This document shows, one piece after another, positions 7,499 to 15,068 of a stretch of DNA of 45,416 nt; the first letter of the stretch is position 1, and every line of letters starts with the position of its first letter. Below the pieces are notes generated by a model, which saw only the letters and a list, made by a program, of their open reading frames with translations, did not search any database and was not told the origin of the DNA. The translations under genes and the position numbers were made by a program. The DNA comes from a virus (taxonomy: Duplodnaviria > Caudoviricetes), in the IMG/VR virus record IMGVR_UViG_3300031644_001202, positions 1 through 45,416 of that record; one strand, written 5' to 3'.

Positions 7499-8295
7499 GC
7501 TGCCACCCCCTGCTTTGCCTTGGCAGCCGCCACCAGCGACATGGCCTGCTCATACGAGAGGGCTCGGCGGTAGAAGGGCGGGAAGTCCGGGCCGAGGTGG
7601 TTGGTCAGTACCAGGGCTTTGGTGATCGGCGCGGGGTCGCCTGGCTGCCAGTCGTCAACGATCTCCGTCAGACCGAGGGCGTCAGCGATGGCCTGTGAGT
7701 CGCGGGTTTTGCCGCAGCCTTCGGGGCCGTAGACGAGCCAGCTTTTGCCGTTGGGTACGCCAGCGGCGAAGGCAGCCGCTTCAAGCAGGGCGGCTTCTGC
7801 CTCGGGCTGGCTGCCGGGTAGTGCGGTCGGGGCGGTGCCTTCGAGCTGATCCTCGATGCGCTGGGCAAGCCGCTCCAGTTCGCCGCAGACGGTGAGGGCG
7901 TGGCGCGCCTGGTCGCTCAGCTCCAGCACCTGGTTGGTGCTGAGTTGGCTGTAGGTCAGGGCTGCCAGCTTGAGCTGTTTCGCGGCGCGTCGGATGGTGG
8001 TCAGCTCGTCGCGGGTGTAGCTCCGGCCGGCGTAGATGGCGATGCGGCGGTCGGCGTCCTGCAGTTGGGCTTCGATATCGCGGTTGGCCTTGGCGAGCCG
8101 GCCGACCGAGCTGGTGAGTTGTTCCTCGAGGCTGGTGGTGTACTCGGTGAAGGCGGTTTTGGCGTCGCCGTAGCCTTGGTCATAGCCATTGGTGCGGGCG
8201 GTTTCGGCGTTGACGTAGGCCAGCCATGCAAGGCCGAGCAGGGCGATGATGGTGAGTGCGCCGATAGCGGCGAGGGTGATGTGTGAAACGGTCAT
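7495..8295 (-). CDS. Hypothetical membrane-anchored coiled-coil protein with C-terminal P-loop-like segment
   Basis: N-terminal hydrophobic helix; YGPEGCGKT near the C-terminus. Confidence 0.7.
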   Translation of the reverse strand: MTVSHITLAAIGALTIIALLGLAWLAYVNAETARTNGYDQGYGDAKTAFTEYTTSLEEQLTSSVGRLAKANRDIEAQLQDADRRIAIYAGRSYTRDELTTIRRAAKQLKLAALTYSQLSTNQVLELSDQARHALTVCGELERLAQRIEDQLEGTAPTALPGSQPEAEAALLEAAAFAAGVPNGKSWLVYGPEGCGKTRDSQAIADALGLTEIVDDWQPGDPAPITKALVLTNHLGPDFPPFYRRALSYEQAMSLVAAAKAKQGVAA

Positions 8296-8358
8296 GTGCT
8301 GTGTCTCCGTTGGTGCCCTGCGCCAGGGGTCAGAGTCTCTGGCGTAGGGAGTTGGGGC

Positions 8359-9186
8359 TCAGTTGCCTTGCTGGTAGGTGCCGATGGTGAGCGGCAGCAG
8401 GCCGCCAATTTCGTCGGTGAGCACCTGCTGAAACTCTTCGGCGAAGGCTTCTTGCTGGGCTTCCTGGGCGACCCAGCGCAGTTTGAGCACCGGGGCTTTT
8501 TCGCCGGTGATCACCGACAGGCGCAGGGTGATATCGGCGACGCTCAGCGGGTCGTAGGGCTTGGAGGTGAACACGAAGGTGGTCGGCAGGGTTTCGAGGC
8601 TGCGGGCTTCGATCTCCTCCATGGCGCTGCGGCGGTTGTTGAGGTCACCCACTTCGCTGTTGAGCTCAGAGGTGGCCTTGATCTGCATGCGGCGTACGGC
8701 GTTGATGGCAGCGAGGGTGTTGAGCTTTTGGTCACCCGCGCTGGCGGTGATGTGCGGCGCCCAGTCCTCGAGGAACTCGGCCAGTTGCTGCTGGCTCATG
8801 CTGCGGCCTGCCACTTCAAGCAGCGCCTTGTAAGCAGCGGTGGGCTTGAGGGTGAGGGTGGCGCGGTCGTCGCCGTGGCCGGCATAGTGCGGGGTGCCCA
8901 GGTTAAAGATGACGGTCGCGCGCATGGCGTCCTGATCGACGAAGCCGGCGGCGCCGGTATCTTCCTCGCCGCCGATGTGGCGCTCGACGTAGGCCGAGAA
9001 GGCTTTGAGTGAGTGGGTGTTCAGGTTGCCGCGAAAGCGGTCGCGCGAGAGTTGGTAGGGTTCCAGATTGGTGAGCGTGCAGCTCGTCGGGGTGACGGCC
9101 AGGGTGCTGCCGCCGTGCTCGATGCGCACGTTCGCAGCGGCGACGGCTTGGGCGTTGAGGGTTTCCAGTGCTTTGTGATCGAACAT
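8359..9186 (-). CDS. DUF2303/YfdQ-family phage protein
   Basis: RDRFRG, FNLGTP..AGHGD and QQQLAEFLEDW motifs; follows a YfdP-like gene. Confidence 0.8.
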   Translation of the reverse strand: MFDHKALETLNAQAVAAANVRIEHGGSTLAVTPTSCTLTNLEPYQLSRDRFRGNLNTHSLKAFSAYVERHIGGEEDTGAAGFVDQDAMRATVIFNLGTPHYAGHGDDRATLTLKPTAAYKALLEVAGRSMSQQQLAEFLEDWAPHITASAGDQKLNTLAAINAVRRMQIKATSELNSEVGDLNNRRSAMEEIEARSLETLPTTFVFTSKPYDPLSVADITLRLSVITGEKAPVLKLRWVAQEAQQEAFAEEFQQVLTDEIGGLLPLTIGTYQQGN

Positions 9187-9246
9187 CGTTGTAGTCCTTG
9201 TCAGAGTAAGGATGGTTAGGTGGTGCTGTGTTGCGGGGCGGGGTGA

Positions 9247-9591
9247 TCAGCTGCGCGCGTGAACGGGCGTGTCTTCCTTGCGGAATAGCTGGTCGGTCGG
9301 GTTGGTCTGCATCAGTTGCAAGCCGTCCGGGGTGACGTACAGCGGGGTGTCGAGGGTGGTGTCCTCGCGCTTTTTGCCGCGCTTGGTGGGTTGCGAGAAG
9401 TCGAGCTTGTGCGTCACGTTCACCTGGTTGGTCTGGGCGATCTGCTTGAACTTGAAGGTGAGGGTTACGGTGCCTTCCTTGCCGTGGTCAACCACGCCTG
9501 CTGCCACGTCGGAAACGGCGCGGCCGAACTGCTCTGCGAAGACGCCGGCGTTGAGCGACTGGATGAACTCGGAGCTATCGGTTGCTTTCAT
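9247..9591 (-). CDS. YfdP-like phage protein
   Basis: LNAGVF...VAAGVVDHGKEG.VTL...PTKRGKKRED.T.DTPLYV; paired with DUF2303. Confidence 0.7.
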   Translation of the reverse strand: MKATDSSEFIQSLNAGVFAEQFGRAVSDVAAGVVDHGKEGTVTLTFKFKQIAQTNQVNVTHKLDFSQPTKRGKKREDTTLDTPLYVTPDGLQLMQTNPTDQLFRKEDTPVHARS

Positions 9592-9642
9592 GTGCTGTGC
9601 CTCGTTTGTCAGAGAGTTGCCCGGTACCGCCGGGCGCGGGGG

Positions 9643-9882
9643 TTATGCCGCTTGTTCGGCGCGGGCGTCGAGGTAGGCGGCGAGGTCGTCCAGGCGCACG
9701 TACAGCGGCGCCAGGCGCGAATCAGAGTTCTTGAAGGTGGCCAGCTGCACCTCACCCGTGCGGATGAGGTGGCGCAGGCGCTTCTCGGTCTTGATGTGGG
9801 AGAAGTACTGGGCGCGCACTTCATCCAGCGCCAGGCTGTTGGCCTTGTGGCGCTGCTGGAGCAGCTCGAGCGTGTTGGTCAC
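9643..9882 (-). CDS. Pyocin activator PrtN-family DNA-binding protein
   Basis: TLELLQQRH...LDEVRAQYF...SRLAPLYVRLDDLAAYLD. GTG start coupled to the upstream stop. Confidence 0.75.
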   Translation of the reverse strand: MTNTLELLQQRHKANSLALDEVRAQYFSHIKTEKRLRHLIRTGEVQLATFKNSDSRLAPLYVRLDDLAAYLDARAEQAA

Positions 9883-10256
9883 TGCGCCACCTCCCCGCAC
9901 CCCGCCGTGGGGCGGCTGAGCTTGGTGGCGATGATCGCGGTGACGCCTTCGACGCTCTTGCCGATGGTGGTGGCGGCGATGTTGCCGGCTTCGTCGGTGA
10001 TCACCGCGCCGAAAGGGCGCTCGATGTCGACGGTGCAGGTGACGTAGGGCAGCCAGCGGACCGGCAGGATGGCGAGCAGCGCGCAGTACAGCGCAGCCAG
10101 CTCCAGCGCCTGGGGCGGGATGGCCTGCAGGCGCTCAATGCACTCGTCTGCCGCATCGCGCACGGTGGCGGCGCTGACAGCGCCTGGGTTGGCGTGGTGC
10201 ATGCTGGCCAGCTTGACGACGCCGATGGCGTCGGCGATTGGGTTGGGCTTGTTCAT
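9879..10256 (-). CDS. Hypothetical phage protein (125 aa)
   Basis: Coupled ORF within the operon. Confidence 0.65.
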   Translation of the reverse strand: MNKPNPIADAIGVVKLASMHHANPGAVSAATVRDAADECIERLQAIPPQALELAALYCALLAILPVRWLPYVTCTVDIERPFGAVITDEAGNIAATTIGKSVEGVTAIIATKLSRPTAGCGEVAQ

Positions 10257-10537
10257 GCGGCGCTGTCCTTTGCCGGGAGTTCGGTGATGGCGATGCCGAG
10301 CTGCTTGGCCAGCCAGTCGATGCCGGCTTCGGTGACCATCACTGGGGCGTAGTGCTTGCGGATGCCGATGCGCTTGATAGTGGTCACGCGCGGATCCATG
10401 AACAGCTTGCCGCCGCCGATGTGGCGCGCTGCCAGGGTGCCGTCGCGGTTGAGGGCGTTGATGCTGCGCAGGTGAGCGCGTAGCTGGCTCTCGGCGATGC
10501 CCAGTACCTGGGCGGCCTCTTTCACGGTGCGGGTCAT
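10253..10537 (-). CDS. Small DNA-binding protein (antirepressor KilAC/ANT-like)
   Basis: TVKEAAQVLGIAESQLRAHL helix-turn-helix; VMVTEAGIDWLAKQL. Confidence 0.65.
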   Translation of the reverse strand: MTRTVKEAAQVLGIAESQLRAHLRSINALNRDGTLAARHIGGGKLFMDPRVTTIKRIGIRKHYAPVMVTEAGIDWLAKQLGIAITELPAKDSAA

Positions 10538-10547
10538 GGCGTGGCCC

Positions 10548-11093
10548 TCAGGCTGCGTTGAGCGCGGCTTCGATGTGCGTGGCGGCGGCCACGTACAGCT
10601 CGCCCGGTGTGCCGGCTTGCAGGTGCGCCGTGCCGACCTGTGTTGTCACCAGCGCGTCGCGCTGCATGGATTGCAGCGTGTTGTGCACGGTGATCGATAC
10701 GCCGCACTGCAAGTGGCGAGTGCCGCCCATGCGCACCAAGTGGCGCAGGCTGGCTTCGTCCGTTGCGTCGAGGGCGAACGGCTCACGTGCCGGGGCAGTA
10801 GGGGTGCCGATCGCGCCGGTTTCGGCGGTGTCGGCCGTGCCGTTGGCGATGGCTTCGATCTGTTCGCGGATGTGGGCGGTATTGGCCGGGTCGTTGGCCT
10901 GCAGGCGGATTGTCGAGCGGTGATGGCCCAGCACGATGCTGACTGCCAGCTTGTCCGCGACTTGCTCAAGCTCGAGCATGACCGCAACGCGCGAGGCAGG
11001 GCGCTCAAGCTGGAGCGTGGCCTGCATAGACATGGGCGTGGTTAGCGCACGGCGCAGCCCGTGGAGGGACTGCTGGGTCAGGGCGTAGGTCAT
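10548..11093 (-). CDS. Hypothetical phage protein (181 aa)
   Basis: Coupled ORF within the operon. Confidence 0.65.
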   Translation of the reverse strand: MTYALTQQSLHGLRRALTTPMSMQATLQLERPASRVAVMLELEQVADKLAVSIVLGHHRSTIRLQANDPANTAHIREQIEAIANGTADTAETGAIGTPTAPAREPFALDATDEASLRHLVRMGGTRHLQCGVSITVHNTLQSMQRDALVTTQVGTAHLQAGTPGELYVAAATHIEAALNAA

Positions 11094-11428
11094 GCTGCGC
11101 GCTCCGCTTCGATTGCCTCGGTAGGCAGATAGGCCATCAGGGCAGCGCGCATAAACTCCAGATCACGGCGCCATTCTTCCTGGCGGACATGGTATTCATC
11201 GTCCGTTTCGCAGCTCCAGCGATCACGATGCCAATGTGCCGCTGCTCGGGCGATTGGCACGGCTCGCGGGTTGTTGTGGCCGAATTGGGCATCTGCAGAG
11301 TAGATGCGCACATCGACCTCCTGCACATGCCCCATGCTGTAGCAGATGACCTGATAGGCAGGGAGCGCCTGCAAGCGGGCGACCGTCTGCATGATCTGGA
11401 TGAGTAGTAGTTGGATAGCCTGGCTCAC
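11090..11428 (-). CDS. Hypothetical phage protein (about 112 aa)
   Basis: GTG at 11428 overlaps the upstream stop; its own stop overlaps the next ATG. Confidence 0.55.
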   Translation of the reverse strand: MSQAIQLLLIQIMQTVARLQALPAYQVICYSMGHVQEVDVRIYSADAQFGHNNPRAVPIARAAAHWHRDRWSCETDDEYHVRQEEWRRDLEFMRAALMAYLPTEAIEAERAA

Positions 11429-11616
11429 GCTGCACCTCCCCAAGGGCCGAAGTCCTCGAAGGCGGGCAGGGTTTGGGGCTGCTTCAGCGTGGGGCGGCCG
11501 CCTACGAGCACTACAAAGCGGCCAGTGGCCTGCTGAACAGCGCGGACGGCGTCCGGGTTGGTGGTGCATGCCGGGTGCAGGAGCACCTGGGCGGATGTGT
11601 GCTGTGTCTGTTGCAT
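11425..11616 (-). CDS. Small hypothetical protein, first gene of the left operon
   Basis: 63-aa ORF (VLLHPAC...VQQATG) downstream of the PL-like promoter. Confidence 0.6.
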   Translation of the reverse strand: MQQTQHTSAQVLLHPACTTNPDAVRAVQQATGRFVVLVGGRPTLKQPQTLPAFEDFGPWGGAA

Positions 11617-11653
11617 CGCGTACTCCGGAGGTCAGAGTGTGGGTACGCGAACT

Positions 11654-11695
11654 AAATTAGCTCCAGTGTTTTACTAAGTCAACACTGAAGCTAAT
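11654..11695 (-). promoter_or_regulatory. PL-like sigma70 promoter with overlapping operator-like inverted repeat
   Basis: Minus strand TTGACT (11682-11677)-N17-TAATTT (11659-11654); 15-bp inverted repeat at 11656-11670 and 11681-11695 with one mismatch. Confidence 0.65.
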
Positions 11696-11746
11696 ATTTT
11701 GCGCTGAGGCATGAAATATTTGCGTGCCAGGGGCTTGAAACGGCGC

Positions 11747-12553
11747 TCAGAGGAGGACGGAATACCAGAACACCTGGCCGATGACGCGGATGTGTTCGGC
11801 CACATACTCGCCTTCATAGCGTTCATCGGGGTACTCGGCATCGTTGTAGCTGCGCACGCGCAGGCCTCCACCAGGAAGGCGATAGAGCAGTTTTACGCGC
11901 AGCAGACCGGCGTGGTCTATGGCGTACATCTTGCCGTCCTGCACCTGCTTGCGGCTTGTATCTATACCGACTGTGGAGCCATCAGGCAGCACAGGCTCCA
12001 TGCTGTTGCCAGTGACTGCAGCACAGGCTGCGGACGATGGTTCTACGCCTTTGCGTTGCAGGCTTCGCCGCCCGAATCGCAGCTTCCTACCGCTTGTTTC
12101 CAGCATGACTTCTGATCCCTTGCCTGCAGACAGCTCGACTTCCTTGTAGAAGGGCAGCTCGACCTCATCAGGGCCGAGTGGGGTTTCGTCGTCCCATGCC
12201 TCGATGGGGTAGAGCCCTATCAGTTCGTTTGACTGCGTCGGGTTTGGCGCTGCGCTAGGGAGCGGGTGGTGGGCGACGAGCGAAGGTGAGTGGGTGGCTT
12301 CATCAAGCAGCTTGGCCAGGCGTGGGCTGACTTCTGCCGGGGCGAAGTTCAGCACCTGGGCGAACTTGATCAGGGCCGGTATGTTCAGCGGGATTTTGCC
12401 GTTGGCGTATTGGCTGACCGCGCTCTGGCCTGACCAGCCGCATAGGTCTGCGATGCGCTCTTGGGTGAGTGTCGCGTCGTCTTGCTTGCGGGCCTTCATG
12501 ATGGCCTTCAGCGCAGCGGCTTCGGCTTTTTGGGTGTCGAGGGTGATGTCCAT
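11747..12553 (-). CDS. cI: CI-like repressor (HTH plus S24 autopeptidase)
   Basis: LTQERIADLCGWSGQSAVSQYANG HTH; ELSAGKG cleavage region; VTGNSMEP; LRVKLL. Divergent from cro. Start inferred at ATG 12553. Confidence 0.9.
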   Translation of the reverse strand: MDITLDTQKAEAAALKAIMKARKQDDATLTQERIADLCGWSGQSAVSQYANGKIPLNIPALIKFAQVLNFAPAEVSPRLAKLLDEATHSPSLVAHHPLPSAAPNPTQSNELIGLYPIEAWDDETPLGPDEVELPFYKEVELSAGKGSEVMLETSGRKLRFGRRSLQRKGVEPSSAACAAVTGNSMEPVLPDGSTVGIDTSRKQVQDGKMYAIDHAGLLRVKLLYRLPGGGLRVRSYNDAEYPDERYEGEYVAEHIRVIGQVFWYSVLL

Positions 12554-12564
12554 GTCGCTAATGT

Positions 12565-12636
12565 ATAAGCCACGCTTATTCCTATCAAATACTGGCAGTG
12601 TTATTTGTTGACTATGGCGAGCAGCGATCCTAATAT
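12565..12636 (+). promoter_or_regulatory. PR-like promoter and operator region
   Basis: TTGACT (12608-12613)-N17-TAATAT (12631-12636); palindrome ATAAGC-CAC-GCTTAT at 12565-12579. Confidence 0.6.
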
Positions 12637-12659
12637 CATGGCCGTTACCCATTGAGGGC

Positions 12660-12869
12660 ATGATGATGGACGAGTTCACTGGCCAGACGCTGGCCGAATT
12701 TACAGAAGGCAAAACGCAGCTTGAGCTGGCTGCACTGTTTGGCGTGACGCAGGGTGCGATCTCTCAAATGATGAGATCCCGGCGTGATATTCGCGTACGC
12801 ATGCTGCCAGATGGGCGCTATCAGGCTTACGAGATTCGTCCGGTTGGTAGCCGCCGCAAGGCGGCTTAA
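12660..12869 (+). CDS. cro: Cro-like repressor
   Basis: KTQLELAALFGVTQGAISQM HTH, 69 aa, divergent from cI. Confidence 0.85.
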   Translation: MMMDEFTGQTLAEFTEGKTQLELAALFGVTQGAISQMMRSRRDIRVRMLPDGRYQAYEIRPVGSRRKAA

Positions 12870-12899
12870 GGTGCTGGCCCCCGAAGGGGCCAGCGGGTT

Positions 12900-13184
12900 G
12901 CCCACCTGAGCTCTGACACACAGGTGGGCGGGTGGTGCAAGGCTCTGACCCCTTGCACCGGTGCCAGCGAGGCTCTGACCCCTCGACTGGCGCACGACGC
13001 TCGATGCCGACACAGCACGTATAAGCATCGAGTCGCCGTAGCCGGAATAGTAGGGGAAACCCTGGTTGCCTGGCTATGTCGTTAAACGGCGGTTTTAGGT
13101 AGTACCGCGCCGGGGACTCTGACCCTCGGCGCGGAAGGGGTCGAGCGGGGCAACTCTGACTGCCCAGCTCGGCAGACACAGCAC
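12900..13184 (+). promoter_or_regulatory. Array of five hairpins with a conserved CTCTGAC loop, plus two ACACAGCAC motifs
   Basis: Loops at 12911, 12943, 12973, 13117 and 13154, each closed by a different stem. Function unknown. Confidence 0.6.
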
Positions 13185-13223
13185 ACAACAGCCGGCCCCG
13201 CCTGGGGCCGGCTTGGGGTAGGT

Positions 13224-13733
13224 ATGAGCCGACAAGATCTGCTGCCGGGCGCTGGCCCGGTACTCTCCCTGCGCCACGCGCTTTACCGCGCTGGGCGTGA
13301 CCATCGGGGCGGCATTGGCGCCCTGGCCACTGATATGCATCTCGACCTGGTAACGGGTTACGACACCCTGCAGAAGAAGCTGAACCCGACCGAGGAGCGC
13401 CGCTGGCCGAACCCGGACGAGCTCGAGGACATCATCCGCCTGACCAATGACCCGCGCCTGCTGGACGCGCTGATGCGTCCGGCCGGGGCGGTGTGGTTCA
13501 AGCCGGTACCGGTGACGGCGACCAACGATGCCTTACAAGCGTTGGCCAAGCTGATGAAGCGCCTAGGCGAGTTCGTGGGCAGCCTGCACGACGGCGGCGC
13601 GGACAACCGCTGGCAGCGGCATGAGGTGGAAGCGCTGAAGCACCACGGGCATGAGGCGCTCCGCAAGATTCTCGGGATCATCGCCGGCGCCGAGCAGGCG
13701 ATGCTGGCCGGGGAGGAACGCCACGATGGATGA
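13224..13733 (+). CDS. Phage regulatory CII-family protein
   Basis: Position after cro; GGIGALA...TLQKKLNP pattern. Confidence 0.7.
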   Translation: MSRQDLLPGAGPVLSLRHALYRAGRDHRGGIGALATDMHLDLVTGYDTLQKKLNPTEERRWPNPDELEDIIRLTNDPRLLDALMRPAGAVWFKPVPVTATNDALQALAKLMKRLGEFVGSLHDGGADNRWQRHEVEALKHHGHEALRKILGIIAGAEQAMLAGEERHDG

Positions 13734-13932
13734 GCGCGTACTGGAAATGGCTGAGGCAGCGCAGCAGGAGCTCCTGCAGCAGGCCATCGATAACCGTGTG
13801 ATTTACCAGGGCGAGAGCGCGACCGAGTGCGACAGCTGTGGTGACGACATTCCCGAAGCCCGGCGCCAAGCAGTGCCGGGTTGCCGTTTTTGCGTCTGCT
13901 GCCAAGGGGTAAAGGAGGTGCGCGGTGAATAA
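13726..13932 (+). CDS. TraR/DksA C4-type zinc-finger protein
   Basis: CDSCGDDIPEARRQAVPGCRFCVCCQ. Confidence 0.85.
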   Translation: MDERVLEMAEAAQQELLQQAIDNRVIYQGESATECDSCGDDIPEARRQAVPGCRFCVCCQGVKEVRGE

Positions 13933-14464
13933 CCATGACTACAAGGCATCGTTCGATGCGCTCAAGTACGACATGGCAACCATCGTCGCTATGCTGGGTT
14001 TCGAAGCCTATCCCGGAATTGACCCTGTGCTGCGCCGGCTCAGTGAGCTGCTGTTCAGTTACGAGCTGGCCGTTGATGCACGTGGTGTTCAGGCCTCCAG
14101 TCACCCGGCGCTGATCGCCCTGGATAAGCAGTGCCGGGACAACGTGGCGCAGGCGCTGGGACTGACACCGACCGCTGAGCGGGATTATGCCTGGAGCCTG
14201 CTGCTGGATCGGGTGATGGGTGTTGTCGAGGATGCGGCCAAGTCAGCCAGTGCAATCGCTGAAGCCAAGGCTTGGTGTGATGAAAACGGCGGCACTCCGG
14301 CTGAGTTCCTATCTTATCAGCTGCTGGTGAAGCGTTGCGAAGTGCTCGGGCGGCCGCTCACCTGGCGTGAGGCCATCGAGCTGACGGCTCTGACGACAAG
14401 CATGCCCGACGACGAGCGCGACAAGCTGCTGGCTCTGGATGATGAGCAGGGAGGTGATGCATGA
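13925..14464 (+). CDS. Hypothetical phage protein (179 aa)
   Basis: Coupled ORF with an upstream GGAGG. Confidence 0.6.
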   Translation: MNNHDYKASFDALKYDMATIVAMLGFEAYPGIDPVLRRLSELLFSYELAVDARGVQASSHPALIALDKQCRDNVAQALGLTPTAERDYAWSLLLDRVMGVVEDAAKSASAIAEAKAWCDENGGTPAEFLSYQLLVKRCEVLGRPLTWREAIELTALTTSMPDDERDKLLALDDEQGGDA

Positions 14465-14616
14465 ACCGCCCAGCCCTGCGCGCACATCTGCGCGCCAAAG
14501 TGAACCGTGCCGCCCTGCGCCTGCGTGAACTGCACGCGATGCGCGACTGGGAAGGGATCAAGGTCGCACTGCAGGTGTACTGGCAGGCTGCCAACGCATG
14601 GAGGGCGGTGCTGTGA
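14461..14616 (+). CDS. Small hypothetical protein (51 aa, MNRPALRAHL...)
   Basis: Below the ORF-track cutoff; GGAGG upstream; ATGA and GTGA overlaps at the two ends. Confidence 0.55.
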   Translation: MNRPALRAHLRAKVNRAALRLRELHAMRDWEGIKVALQVYWQAANAWRAVL

Positions 14617-15068
14617 GCGTTATCGAAATCCATGGCGGCGGTGATCGCCGCAGCATGATCAAGCGCTATGAGCGCAAGTCGAAACGTGATGCCATCCGCG
14701 AGCTCGTCGACCTGGTGCACTGCTGCTGGAGCCGCATTGATCAGTTGGAAGCCCACGTGCCTGGTGCTGCTGAGTTGCCGGACTGCACCGGGCGCAGCCC
14801 TAAGGACTATGCCATTGAGCATGCCGAGTACATGGCGAAGTGCGTGGATCGCCTGTCGGGTTGTTTTGATGAGTACGGCACGGCCATCGTCGCGGCTGAA
14901 TTTGCTGAAGATGAGGATGAGTCGGCGCAGGAGTTCGTAGGCGAAGCGCGCGCAGAGCTACAAGAGGCTCTGGTCGAATTGCGGGGCTATGTCTATGAGT
15001 TCCGAAAGCGGAGCGCTCGCGCTATCGCAGCTGCCCAGCAGGGCAAGGAGAAGGGGGCTGTTGAATGA
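14613..15068 (+). CDS. Hypothetical phage protein
   Basis: GTG overlaps the upstream stop; its stop overlaps the primase ATG. Confidence 0.6.
   Translation: MSVIEIHGGGDRRSMIKRYERKSKRDAIRELVDLVHCCWSRIDQLEAHVPGAAELPDCTGRSPKDYAIEHAEYMAKCVDRLSGCFDEYGTAIVAAEFAEDEDESAQEFVGEARAELQEALVELRGYVYEFRKRSARAIAAAQQGKEKGAVE

Noticed and set aside
12900-13171. Mini CRISPR array
   Set aside because: Only a 7-8 nt loop is conserved, spacing is irregular, the flanks are self-complementary stems and there are no cas genes.
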